Numbered from the stretch's first letter, positions 12,645 through 24,470 are shown. The stretch is DNA of 64,000 nt from Octopus sinensis (GCF_006345805.1 NC_043000.1:110174001-110238000), one strand, 5' to 3'. Notes: generated from the letters alone by a model not told the origin. Numbers and translations are program-made.

Positions 12645-13083
12645 CTAGCAGCATAGCCCGGCATTGCCCGGGTATGTAAGAGCCCTAGTAGGCAACGACT
12701 AATCCCAATCTAGTCCTTTCCCTCTAGGGAACGAAGGCGCATGTGTAGGTTGCAATGTCTTCTCTTCACTCAAATACTTCTGTGTATACGATGTTCCTAG
12801 CTGTCCCTTTGGGCGATAAAAAGGTCGAGTTGTGTCCCCTAGACAGAAAATGTGTTGCATATAAAAAGCTTAGATTCTCGACCCCATGTCGAATTTATCA
12901 ATTTTTTTCAGAACTGGGGAAACTTTTCAAAATTTTAGCTGGGTTAGTTTTGAATTATGACATTGGGCTATGTGTGTGTCAAGTTTCATCAGAATCGGTT
13001 GAAAGCCGTGGTCAGGGTGAGGGTACAACCTGACAGACACACAGACACACAGACAGACAAACTGCCGTTTATATATAGAGAGA
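12645..13083 (-). mobile_element. non-autonomous Helitron
   Basis: Minus strand starts A|TCTCTCTATATATAAAC, ends with hairpin CCCGGGCAATGCCGGG then CTAG|T; no TSD. Confidence 0.75.
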
Positions 13084-13089
13084 TATATA

Positions 13090-13757
13090 CGGACCTTTTG
13101 AGATATGCTGTGCTTGAGAAGACCTGACAAGCCAAGTGAGGCCATAGCCCATGGCCTATGCCAGTGGGTGTAATCAGCCCATTTATGAATACCCCTCATT
13201 CATTGGACAATAAACTTTGCTTGCGAAGACCTGTTGAGGCAAGTGAAATCAAAATCAAAATCAAAATTGCTGACATGGCCAATGACAGTACCGCCTGATT
13301 GGCACTCGTACCAGTAGTACATTAAAAGCACATCTGAGAGTGATCGTTGCCAGGGCCACAGATTGACTCCCGGCCGGTGACACAGGGAAAGCACTATTCA
13401 AGTGTAATCGTTGCTGGCATTGCCTTACCGGCACATGTGCTGGTGGCACGTGGAAAACAACATTCGAGTGTGGTCATTGCCACTGCCGCTGGACTGGCTC
13501 CTGTGCGGGTAGCATGTAAAAACACCTTTAGAGCGTAGTCATTGCCAAAACCGTCTGACTGGCCCTCGTACTGGTGGCACGTAAAAGCACCCACTACACT
13601 CTCAGAGTGGTTGGCGTAAGGAAGGGCATCCAGCTTTAGGAACTTTGCCAGATTAGATTGAGCCTGGTGCAGCCTCTGGCTCACCAGTCCTCAGTCAAAC
13701 CGTCCAACCCATGCCAGCATAGAAAGCGGACATTAAACAATGATGATGACGATGATG
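13090..13757 (+). mobile_element. RTE LINE 3' end with five about 64-bp UTR repeats
   Basis: GACCTTTTGAGATATGCTGTGCTTGAGAAGACC (ORF end), repeat array 13277-13590, (GAT)n tail. Confidence 0.85.
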
Positions 13758-13769
13758 ATATATATATAT

Positions 13770-13805
<36 letters not shown>

Positions 13806-13953
13806 CATATCTTTTAAATTTGTTTATGGTAACGTCAAGGGTATGCAAATGAAGCTCTTATTTCATTATGCCAGCTGGTGTCTAATGATACCAACGAGTA
13901 TCATTTCGGGGTTGCACTATGGTTATACCAATATAATGTAGGATAAATAATAA

Positions 13954-14304
13954 CAATATTTCTAGGATGGAATTTGTAAATATTTAGTACACCGCTACAT
14001 GTGTTTCCACAAATCACATGACTTTTGACATCAGAGTCAGTATCCTTGGGATGTGTCCAGATTAGTCCATATTATCCATGGCCATCCAGTTGATCACCAT
14101 CATTGATTCTTTCCATCAAGTAATACTGCATTATCAGATGAATTGCAAAGGGATGCTTATCCCTTCATACTGGCCTGAGGAAATAATATACAGACTATAC
14201 TGTTCTCATCACAAGATACGGACTCTGATATCAAAATCATGTGACATGTGGAAACATGTGTAGCAATGTATTAAATGTTTATAAATTCTGTTCTAGAATT
14301 ATTG
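13954..14304. mobile_element. foldback/MITE-like element with about 90-bp inverted arms
   Basis: 13954-14044 vs 14215-14304 inverted, e.g. CTACATGTGTTTCCACAAATCACATGACTTTTGACATCAGAGTCAGTATC vs revcomp CTACACATGTTTCCACATGTCACATGATTTTGATATCAGAGTCCGTATC. Confidence 0.6.
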
Positions 14305-14625
14305 CATGGCTTAGTGGTTAGGGTATTCGGCTCGCGATTGTAGGGTCACGAGTTCGATTCCCAGTGGTGCATTATGTCCTTGAGCAAGGCACTTTATTTC
14401 ACGTTGCTCCAGTTCACTCAGCTGGCAAAAATGAGTAGTACTTGTAATTCAAAGGGGCCAGCCTGGTCACACTCTGTGTCATGCTGAATATCCTTGAGAA
14501 GTATGTGAAGGGGTACGCATGTCTGTGGAGTGCTCAGCCACTTACACGTTAAACTCACAAGCAAGTTGTTCTGTTGATTGGATCAACTGGAACCCTTGTC
14601 GTCGTAAACGACGGAGTGCCAGTTG
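14305..14625 (+). mobile_element. tRNA-derived SINE, family E (CORE-like body)
   Basis: TGGCTTAGTGGTTAGG A box, GAGTTCGATTCC B box, then GTCCTTGAGCAAGGCACTTT; related partial copy at 24625-24750. Confidence 0.75.
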
Positions 14626-14639
14626 ATATATATATATAT

Positions 14640-15145
14640 CATCATCATCGTTTAACGTCCATTTTCCATGCTAGCATGGGTTGGATGGTTTGACTGGGGT
14701 CTGGGAAGCCATGAGGCTGCACCAGGCTCCAGTCTGATCTGGCAGTGTTTCTACAGCTGCATGCCCTTCCTAACACCAACCACTCTGTGAGTGTAGTGGG
14801 TGCTTTTTATGTGCCGCCAGCACAGGGGCCACGATCAGTTGGTGCTTTTATGTGTCACCAACACGGACACCAGTCAGGCGGCACTGCCATCTGCCATGTT
14901 CGGCCGGTGCTTTTTACATGTCACTGGCACGGGTGTCTTAACTACAATTTCCATTTGATTTTTATTTTGATGTTGTTGACGTACTTGACTCAGTAGGTCT
15001 CCTCAAGAACAGCAGGTCACTCTACGATCCAAGGTTAGCACAGCAGGCCGGCCTGCAAGCCATGAACTCACTTCATTTATCGGGACTTCACAGTCACAGC
15101 ATATCTCAGAGGTCTCGGTCTTCGTCATTTCCTCTGTGAGGCCCT
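14640..15145 (-). mobile_element. RTE LINE 3' end
   Basis: (CAT)n tail, UTR core, and ORF end GGCCTCACAGAGGAAATGACG..GAGATATGCTGTGACTGTGAAG on minus strand. Confidence 0.8.
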
Positions 15146-15851
15146 ACGTGCCACTGGCACGGGTATCACAACTACAATATCCATACGATTTTTATTTTGA
15201 TGTTGATGTATATATATTTGTATATATATATATACAAATAGACACACACATATATATGTGTGTATATACATACATATGTGTGTGTTTGGTTGCAGAAACA
15301 GGAGAAATAGGACTCAATATGCAAAAGCAGAGCATAATTAATTTCATAATTGTTTAGATGCAAAACTACAGAAATGCCTGAGGTGCTGAGAGTTTTGTGC
15401 ATTTGGTCACCACAATGCACTCTTGGACTCTTGACCTTTGAATCACTAGTGCAGCTTTGTAGCCAAAGAATAAATATACAAATAAATAGAAGATAAACAG
15501 CTGTGTTACAATGTGTCATTGCCACAGTTTGTCATCTCTTCCACCCTTGATCCAGTAGAATATCAAGGATGTGACATCTAAAGAGAACGAGAGAGGGACA
15601 GCTGTCATTGTCATTGGGTTTGTCATGATTCATGCTCTGAGAATCAATCCTACATCTTTACGATCATGAGTTCCTGAATCCCTAAGCCATGCTTCTTCAC
15701 ATCAAGCAGTCATCATCATCTTACCAACCACATGGTTACAGGTTCAGTCCCACTGCGTGGAACCTTGGGCAAGTATCTTCTACTATAGCCTTGGGCCGAC
15801 CAAAGCCTTGTAAGTGGATTCGGTAGACAGAACTAAAAGAAGCCCGTCATA

Positions 15852-15915
<64 letters not shown>

Positions 15916-15981
15916 CATCGATGATGATGATGATGATATATATATATATATTATATATATATATATTATATATATATATAT

Positions 15982-16440
15982 ATTGGCAACGAGTACAGTG
16001 AAGAATTCCGGGTAGAGGTTGGGGTCCACCAAGGTTCAGTCCTCAGCCCCCTCCTATTTATCATAGTCCTCCAGGCAATAACGGAAGAATTTAAGACAGG
16101 ATGCCCCTGGGAGCTCCTATATGCTGATGACCTTGCTCTAATTGCTGAGTCACTATCAGAACTGGAGGAGAAGTTTCAGGTGTGGAAACAAGGATTAGAA
16201 TCGAAGGGCCTTAGAATCAACCTAGCCAAAACCAAAGTCCTAATAAGTAGGAAGGTGGACCAACCACAAACAACTTCAGGTAGATGGCCCTGCTCGATCT
16301 GTAGAAAAGGTGTAGGTAGAAACTCTATAAGGTGCACCAAGTGTAAGCTATGGACACATAAGAGGTGCAGCAATGTCAAAGGTAGGCTAACTGGGAAGAT
16401 AGTTTTCGTATGTGGCAGATGCTCAGGAGAAATAACACCA
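15982..16440 (+). pseudogene. RTE-clade reverse transcriptase fragment followed by a PHD-type finger
   Basis: IGNEYSEEFRVEVGVHQGSVLSPLLF..ELLYADDLAL..LAKTKV then CSIC..CTKC..HKRC..CGRC; open across the fragment. Confidence 0.9.
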
Positions 16441-16672
16441 TCTGAGCGTGGCCGTTCGCCAGCCTCGTCTGGCACCTGTGTCGGTGGCACATAAAATCAC
16501 CCACTACACTCTCGGAGTGGTTGGCGTTAGGAAGGGCATCCAGCTGTAGAAACACTGCCAGATCTGACTGGCCTGGTGCAGCCTTCGGGCTCCCCAGACA
16601 CCAGTTGAACCGTCCAACCCATGCTAGCATGGAAAGCGGACGTTAAATGATGATGATGATGATGATGATGAT
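16441..16672 (+). mobile_element. RTE 3'-UTR end fused to the RT fragment (internal deletion)
   Basis: UTR core and (GAT)n tail directly follow the PHD-coding segment. Confidence 0.8.
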
Positions 16673-16934
16673 ATATATATATATATATATATGTGTGTAT
16701 GTGTGTATATATTTGTGTGTCTGTGTTTGTGCCCCCAACATCGCTTGACAACTGATGCTGGTGTGTTTATGTCTCTGTAATTTAGCGGTTCGGCAAAAGA
16801 GACAGATAAAATTGTACTAGGCTTACAAAGAATGAGTCCTGGGGTCGATTTTCTTGACTAAAGGCGGTGCTCCAGCATGGCCACAGTCAAATGACTGAAA
16901 CAAGTAAAAGAGTAAAAGAGGGAGTAAAGAGTAT

Positions 16935-17420
16935 CATCATCATCATCATCATCATTATCATTTAACATCTGCTTTCCATGCTGGCATGGGTTGGACAGTT
17001 TGACAGAAAACTGGCAAGTTGGTGGTGATGGGGTCTGTACCAGGTTCCGATCTTGTTTGGCAAGGTTTCTACAGCTGGATGCCCATCCTAATGCCAGCCA
17101 CTACGAGAGTGCAGTGGGTGTAGTGGCATCGGCCATGATTATCGTCTCATTTGGCTTGACAGGTCAACACAAGCATGGTGTATCACCAAAAGTTTTGGTC
17201 ACCTGTCACTGTGTCCATGAGGTCCAATGCTTGAATTGTTTCTTTTATGCGCCACTGGCATGGGTGCCAGTCAGATGGCACTGGCATCGGCCAAGACTAC
17301 GATTTCCCTCAGTTTGAGAGGTTTTCACAAGCACAGCATATTGCCCTACGATTGATGGGTGCTTACAACGGGTCAGTTATGCGACACAGGCATTGGCCAC
17401 CACTACAATCTCACTTGGCT
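16935..17420 (-). mobile_element. RTE LINE 3' end (degenerate)
   Basis: (CAT)n tail, CTACAGCTGGATGCCC core, upstream UTR segments. Confidence 0.7.
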
Positions 17421-17582
17421 TTGCGAGAGAGAGAGGAGAGAGAGAAAGAGAGAGAGTGTGTGTGTGTGTGTGTGTAATTCTGAGAAAAGCACCAAACTAA
17501 CTTGAAACCAGCATGGGATGGTACAGTCATTGACAGAGACTCACTTCAAGTGATTTTCTTACATCCATATAGAATAAACAGA

Positions 17583-17900
17583 ATCATCATCATCGTTTAA
17601 CGTCCACTTTCCATGCTAGCATGGGTTGGACGATTCGACCGGGGTCTGGGAAGCCAGGAGGCTGCACCAGGCACCAGTCTGATCTGTCAGAGTTTCTACA
17701 GCTTGATGCCCTTCCTAACGCCAACCACTCCAAGAGTGTAGTGGGTGCTTTTTACGTGCCACCAGCACAGGGGCCAGGGGAGGCTGGCAACGGCTATGAT
17801 TGGTTGGTGCTTTTTATGTGTCACCGACACGGACGCCAGTCAGGTGGCGCTGGCGTCTGTCACATTCGGACAGTGCTTTTACAGATTTCTCATCGCTGGG
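17583..17900 (-). mobile_element. RTE 3'-UTR copy
   Basis: CATCATCATCGTTTAACGTCC..GATGCCCTTCCTAACGCCAACCACTCC. Confidence 0.85.
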
Positions 17901-18672
17901 CATTGGTGGTGGTGCCAATGTTAACTTCATCCTCCTCATCCTTTAACGATGCCCCTCCCCCCGCCCACCGTGCTGGCATAGTTTGACAGGATCCAGTGAG
18001 TTGCAGGGCTGCATCAACATCCAATGTCAACTTTGGCACAGCTTCTTACAGTGTATACTGGGTGCCATTCTTCCATTCTCCTTGCCACTGGCATAGGTGA
18101 GGTCACCGAGTAACTTGCAAAACAGGAAAACGATCCCAACCTCTACCCCACTGACTCCCTCATGTATGTGGACAGGGGGAGCATCTGAGAGGGGTGTATT
18201 TTTATGGCATGTGTTGGAAATTTAAAGTATGATAGAGGGACAGGTGTCTTGCTATAGAGAAGAGGCATGACCAACCCTACATTATATAAAAGTGGATGGT
18301 AGTAGATGGGAAGAAGATAAGATGGTTGTGATGAGATGCTAGAGCAAAGATTCGAAAGAAGAGCAAGGGGGGAGCATAGGAGAAGATGAGGATAGTGGAA
18401 TAAGGGAGGAGTGAGGGAGGGGTTATAAGGGTGTGAGGAGTGACAGGGTGGAGGTGTGGTTTGTATAAGTGATAATTATAAACTGGATGAGAAGGAGTGT
18501 TAGTGTAGTTGAAAGTGTGTGTGTGTATGTGTGTGTGCGCGTATGTGTGTGTGTGCGCGTATGTGTGTGTGTGTGAGAGAGAAAGAAAGAATAAGAACAC
18601 GACAGTGTGCAGATGCGTTTGAGAGAAATAGAGACTATGTATGCGTCTCTGTGTGTTTTCTGGACTACAATA

Positions 18673-18906
18673 CCTATTTCTTTATTACCCACAAGGGGCT
18701 AAACACAGAGGGGACAAACAAGGACAGACATAGGTATTAAGTCGATTACATCGACCCCAGTGTGTACCTGGTACTTAATTTATCGACCCCGAAAGGATGA
18801 AAGGCAAAGTCGACCACGCCGGAATTTGAACTCACAATGTAACGCAGACAAAATACTGCTAAGCATTTCGCCCGGCGTGCTAACGTTTCTGCCAGCTCGC
18901 CGCCTT
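18673..18906 (-). mobile_element. SINE family A
   Basis: Full-length match to family A. Confidence 0.9.
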
Positions 18907-18909
18907 TTC

Positions 18910-19201
18910 TGGAATACAATACCACCTGATTGGCACCTGTTCCAGTGGCGCATAAAAGGCACCATTCAAGCGTGACCAATGCCAGTACCACTTGACTGGC
19001 CCTCATGCCAGCGAAACATAAAAAGCATCTGCTGCACTCTCGGAGTGGTTGGCATTAGGAAGAGCATCCAGCTGTAGAAACATTGCCAGATTGGATTGGA
19101 GCCTGGTGCAGCCTCCTGGTTCGCCAGCCCTCAGTCTAGTCGTCCAACCCATGCCAGCATGGAAAGCGGACGTTAAACAATGATGATGATGATGATGATG
19201 A
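18910..19201 (+). mobile_element. RTE 3'-UTR copy
   Basis: Core plus (GAT)n tail. Confidence 0.85.
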
Positions 19202-19374
19202 AGTATATATTAAGATGAAACCAGAAAAAAAGATCCTGCAGTTTTGACTTGAAAGACTAAAATAATGATCACAATAAGAAGACGATCAATAATTAATAAA
19301 CGAGAGTTTCTAAAACAATTAAAGAAACACAGTAAACAAACTGAATGCAGAATAAACATAATTTGATTATGAAG

Positions 19375-19413
<39 letters not shown>

Positions 19414-19549
19414 AGATTTTTTTAATTGATTGGGAAGAAGAACTTCATTTGATAAGAAGGTAAAATAATGAAACTTTTAGCTGTGGTGGTTCAAGATAGA
19501 TTTTAGGCTCTGTAATGAAGAAATACAAACAGACATTATTTTCTTGTTA

Positions 19550-19714
19550 CTCTCGTTATTTACATTATTTACATTTGATGGATATTTGTACTCATCTTGT
19601 TTGTTGCTAACACATTTCGGTTGATATACCCTCCAGCCTTCTTCGAGTGTCTTGGGGAAATTTCAAACCTGGGTTCTCATTCCAAAGGTATTTTTCGATG
19701 TTATTATTATTATT
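19550..19714 (-). mobile_element. hammerhead-bearing element, family 1 (headless copy)
   Basis: Colinear with 59672-59815 and 60108-60250; (AAT)n linker then GACAC-TCGAAGA-A-GGCTG..CAACC-GAAAT-GTGTT. Confidence 0.8.
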
Positions 19715-20182
19715 GTTATATTGGTTTGGCTCAGGTTCAGTCTTATTCTTGGAAGGAATTATGTGGCTAGCGGGTTACTACCTGTAACCTTAAGTATCCA
19801 CAAGTTTTCAACAATCTTTCAAGAGCTTAGAACTCTCCTGATAATCATTGCTGTCCCTAAGAGACAAACTTTCTGTAGGAGCTCTGTCGGGCATTCTATT
19901 CCAATATCCTTCAGCCATTTGTCTACCTTTTGGCTTACTGTTCCCAACGCAACAATTATTATAGGCACGACCTTTACGGTTTGCTTGCTCCAAATTCTTC
20001 CTATTTCAAATTTTAAGCGATTGCATTTTTTCTGTTTTTCTGCCTCTTTCTTTCCGATCCTGGAATCACATGGGTGTGATGGGTCGATAAGTAAGAAACT
20101 TCACTTTTCCCTATCTATAATTGTTCTGTCTGGTCTACTATTTTCTAATTTCTTGTCCTTTTGAATAGGAAAGTCTCACAAA
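19715..20182 (-). pseudogene. R4/Dong-type LINE 3' end no. 1 (RLE domain)
   Basis: LWDFPIQKDKKLENSRPDRTIID..IDPSHP..VPIIIVALGTV..LQKVCLLGTAMIIRRVLSS*, ends in (AAT)n. Confidence 0.85.
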
Positions 20183-20189
20183 ATCTTAC

Positions 20190-21473
20190 ATTATTATTCT
20201 TACTGTTCAGTAGTCTTATCTTTATTTCGTCCTTTCATTGCACTACCAAGTGCAGTTCTGTGTGCCTTGGGTATGTGCTGTGATTTGTTGTGATGCTCTT
20301 ATTTTTACTGTATTGAAAGTGTTTTATGTAGGATGTGTGCAGTGCCTAGTAGCTCTATTTTCTGTATGTTATATATATATTTGTTAGTCCTGGTGTTTTT
20401 GTTATGTATTTCTCTGAATGTCTTTTTTTATCATACCTAATGCACTTACTATGATAGGAATTGTTTCTGTTTTTAGATTCCACATTCTAGTTACCTCTAT
20501 TTCCAGGTCTTTGTATTTTGAAAGTTTCTCCATTTCTTTTAGAGACACGTTGTCATCTGCTGGTATTGATACATCAATTAGAAATCATTTTTTTCCTTCA
20601 TGATCTCTGACAACTATATCTGGTCTGTTGGCCTTAATTTTTCTATCTGTGTGTATTGGCATATCCAAGAGTATGGTTACTTTCTCATTTTCTGTGACCT
20701 TTTCTGGGGTGTGCCAATACCATCTTTTTTCTGTTGTTATTTCATAATGTTGGCATAGCTTCCAGTGTATATAGGTCCCAACTCTGTCGTATCTGTGAAT
20801 ATATTCCTTCTTAGCCAGGACTGGGCAGCCAGAGATAATATGATTTATTGTTTCTTGTCCATCTCCACATATTCTGCAGTTACTTGTTATATTTCTTTTC
20901 ATTACATGTTTTTGGTGATTTCTGGTGGGAAGGCTTTGATCTTGTGCTGCAATTAAAAATCCTTCAGTCTCTGCTTTGAGTCCCGAGCTTCTTAACCATT
21001 GTTAGGGTTTTGCTTTGTCTATTTCTTTTCTGCTAGCTCAACCCAATATTTGCCACGAAGGGGCTTTTCTTGCCATCGCTTTATCATGATCCCTTCCAGT
21101 TTTAGTTTGGATTTCAGTTGTTTTACAGCTTTTTTTGTTTCTTCTTTTTCTTTATAGTTGTTAGATACTATGATTTCTTTTTTGTATTTGTCAGCTTCTT
21201 TAAAGACAGAAAGCAATTTTTTGTTTCGTTCGTGTTTTGTGGCTATTTGTATTAGTTTTCCTTACTTATAAAGCAGGTATTTCTGTAGTCCTATGGTGGT
21301 TATTTTATAATAGTTTTCTAGCTGTTTAAGGCCTCTACCACATTCGATACATTGTATATACAGCCATTCTATGTCAGATTTTGGGTGGTGCATCCTAAAT
21401 CCTGTCATTATTTTTTTGTTTTCCTGTCTATTTTGATTAATTCATTTTGAATCCAGTTCAGAATATTGTAGTT
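20190..21473 (-). pseudogene. R4/Dong-type LINE 3' end no. 2 (RT C-terminus, CCHC knuckle, RLE)
   Basis: IDRKTKKIM..HPKSD..RGL; KAETEGFLIAAQDQSL; CRICGDGQETINHIISGC; ANRPDIVV..IDVSIP..EKLSKYKDLE; stops and frameshifts; AATAAT tail. Confidence 0.9.
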
Positions 21474-21476
21474 GTA

Positions 21477-21507
<31 letters not shown>

Positions 21508-21527
21508 TATTATTATTACCAATGCCT

Positions 21528-21684
21528 TTGCGCAGCTTCTAACGCTGGAGCTGTACTATTGTGTCAGCTGTTCACTACCTTTGAATTAAGAAAACACCTC
21601 TTATTTTTCGAGCACCTTCTGGAGTATTCAAGCAGTTCCAAGCAGTGTTGTTTTCTGCAAGTGCTCCACCCTTATTGCATCCCC

Positions 21685-21687
<3 letters not shown>
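21528..21687 (-). mobile_element. R4/Dong-type LINE extreme 3' end no. 3
   Basis: RVEHLQKTTLLGTA*ILQKVLEK* plus short UTR and long (AAT)n. Confidence 0.75.
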
Positions 21688-21732
<45 letters not shown>

Positions 21733-21733
<1 letters not shown>

Positions 21734-21900
21734 GAGTGAGAGAGCAGTGCATGCCATCAAAGTGACACTGGGGTAAAATAGACGAAGCCCAGTATACCCA
21801 TCATGACAACCTGTGCGATATGGTGATCTCATATCAAGATAACCACCGCATGACCTTGCAGGTGGGGCCCAGTTAAAATTTTCTTCTGGTCAAGTAGCCC
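21733..21900 (-). mobile_element. non-coding 3' end of another (AAT)n-tailed element
   Basis: Unique segment bounded by (ATT)n on both sides, same polarity as neighbours. Confidence 0.5.
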
Positions 21901-22349
21901 ATATTATTATTATCGAAACATTATAGATTAACAATACAGTGTATATGTGAAAACTAAGTTTTTAAACGAACATAACAATTACTGCTTCCTTCTTAAATGA
22001 CACATATTTTGATATCTGCTTCTGGTGGTCAGCCATACTCTGCTTAACACTTGTAGCTGCACAACATAACTGTATGACAATGTGCATGGGTAGATGTGTG
22101 TGCACATGTGTGTAATTATGCATGAGTATGTATGCATGTGTGCATGTATATATGCATGTGTGTATGTGTGTATGCATGCATGTATATGTGCACGTGTGTG
22201 TGTGTGTATGCAGGTGTGTGTTTGACAGTGGGGTGGGGGGAGGTGGAAATTTTCTGTTGTTGTTTTGTCCAAAGTCCTCAACCCTGATCCAGTAGGTCCA
22301 TGACCAAAGGCATTCCATCCATGACCAACTCTCATTTGGGATTTTACCA

Positions 22350-22545
22350 AAGCTGACAAAATCGTTATGGCACCAGACAAAACGATAGTGGCATTTCTTC
22401 TGGCTCCCCACTTTCTGAGTTCAAATGCCACTGAGGTCAACTTTGCCTTTCATCCTTTTAGGGTCAATAAAATAAGTACCAGTTGCATACTGAGGTCAAT
22501 GTAATCAATTAACTCCCTTGCTGGCCCAGTGTAAAAATTAGAACG
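22350..22545 (+). mobile_element. degenerate SINE family A
   Basis: TTCTGAGTTCAAATGCC..GGTCAACTTTGCCTTTCATCCTTTTAGGGTCAAT. Confidence 0.7.
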
Positions 22546-22865
22546 TATTATTTTAGAGAGATTTAACTGTTGTTTCTAGCAAGTCAAATGACCACATAGA
22601 GGTTCACCTATTGGTTCTCATTGATGGTTGTGAGGATGGTTTGTATGGTTAGTATTGAGGTAAGAGCAGTGATGAATGCCATCAGGTTTTAAAGGGAGGA
22701 GAAGCATGAGAGTTTCAATGCAGAAATACTTGAATATCTGAAAGGTAATAAATAAATAAACAAACAAATAGGGGTTAAAGGTCAAACCATGAAAAAGGAG
22801 AAGTAACTGGGGAAGAGACTCTTTGAAAGGGTCAGAAGGGATTCAGGCAGATTGGGAAAGGAAGA

Positions 22866-23400
22866 TTACACATGCACACACACACACGTCCAACTCGTGC
22901 ACACACACAAACATAAATGCACACACTCATATACCTGCTTATTTATATATATATATATTATATATTTATTATTTATGTATATATTATATATATATATATC
23001 AATATATATATACACACAGATATGTGTGTGTGTATACGTACATATAAGCATACATACATGCATACATAAATACTTATACACAGAGACACAGACACACACA
23101 TGTCCAACTCGTGCACACACGCATACATAAATGCACACACATATATCTGTTTATTTATGAATCTAGAAAATTTTTCATCAATATATATACACACACAGAT
23201 ATGTGTGTGTATGTACATACATGCATACATAAATAACTATATACAAAGACACAGACACACACACACATACATAAATGCACACACATATAACTGTTTATTT
23301 ATGAATCTAGAAACATTTTTATCAATATATATACACACATAGATATGTGTGTGTGTGTACATACAGGCATACATAAATACCTATATACACAGACACACAC
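22866..23400. repeat. composite CA/TA tandem repeat with unique anchors
   Basis: GTCCAACTCGTGCACAC twice; CATAAATGCACAC three times; TTTATTTATGAATCTAGAAA twice. Confidence 0.75.
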
Positions 23401-23690
23401 ACACACATGCCTTAAAGACAAAATAACCCGCTCCCCTCCTCAGACACACAGACAGACAGACATGCTCCCATTTGCTGTGTGTACTTCATGTGCCACCACT
23501 AGAGACTGATAAGTACAAAACAGCAAACAATGGTAGACTGACAAGAGGTGTGGTGAGAGATGCAGCAGTGTGGAAGTGGTTGGCTGTGAGATTGAAAACG
23601 AGGCTCAATGGTTTTGTTTCTTCCTGTAGGAAAGCAAAGCTTTAGAGTTAGGCTGACCAACGTTTTCATTAAACCCACACACACACACAC

Positions 23691-23729
<39 letters not shown>

Positions 23730-24257
23730 AGCCTGTTTTCTATATATCTATTATATATATATATATACACAAACATGTTTTCTATATATATATAGAGACA
23801 TGCAAACATGCCTACTTATATGTCAGCATCTAATTTTATCAATGTGGCAGCCATTGCCTTCTCCCAAATAATCTTCTATCTTTAAATAAATATAAAGATG
23901 TGTGCTAAGTATGATAAATTTTTATAAAATCTTACCACTTTTAGTTAGGTCTTGTTAAGCTGATGTGGTTAATAATATATAGTGTTCTCAGCCATCTTAT
24001 GAGTGAAGCTCTTCTTTACTGAAAGAGGAAAATGAGAGAAAAGAAAGAGAGAAAAATATTGTAAAATAAGGATTTATTAGCTGTAAATAGTGAGTATAGG
24101 ATGTTGTTTCTATGTGGCCCCTGTGTTTACCGTTTTACAAAATCAAACTAGAAAACTGGACAAAACAGAGACACAATTGAAAAAATTAAAAAGAAAAAAA
24201 AAACCAACACAATTCACCACCTTGGGTTGAAAAGTTGGGGGTCGCTGGGAAACCTCT

Positions 24258-24470
24258 CTAATGGCTATTGAGATATGCCAGCATGCTTGCAGTGTTGCCG
24301 TGGGTAATGGTGAGGCTGATGCGCTGGGACAGCCAGGCGCCCTCATGAGCCTCACCAGTTACCTCTGCAAGGTGAGTTGTCAGTGAAGACAGGAATCTTG
24401 CAGTTAGTGGTTCGATCCCACCAAACGTCTTGAACCCGTCATGATGGAAAATGTCGTTGGTCGACAGAAA
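24258..24470 (-). pseudogene. CRE-like non-LTR retrotransposon, RLE C-terminus
   Basis: FKTFGGIEPLTARFLSSLTTHLAEVTGEAHEGAWLSQRISLTITHGNTASML..*, matching the ETFG..L.QRLS.AIQRGNAAS motif. Confidence 0.7.

Larger units (their letters stand above)
15718..16935 (+). mobile_element. SINE family B split by an RTE insertion in its internal (TA)n
   Basis: 5' half 15718-15870, 3' half 16690-16935. Confidence 0.8.

Noticed and set aside
13277-13590. CRISPR-like look of the 64-bp (and 28-bp) repeat arrays
   Set aside because: Eukaryotic context, no unique spacers, no cas genes; they are LINE-UTR repeats and a minisatellite
14305-14375. tRNA genes at SINE heads (also 48670-48742, 51610-51682, 59820-59950)
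   Set aside because: A and B boxes are present but there is no proper acceptor stem, and each runs into a repeat body
24260-24371. Plus-strand exon-like MAIEICQHAC..LCK ending at GTGAGT
   Set aside because: Better explained as the antisense of the CRE-like RLE remnant
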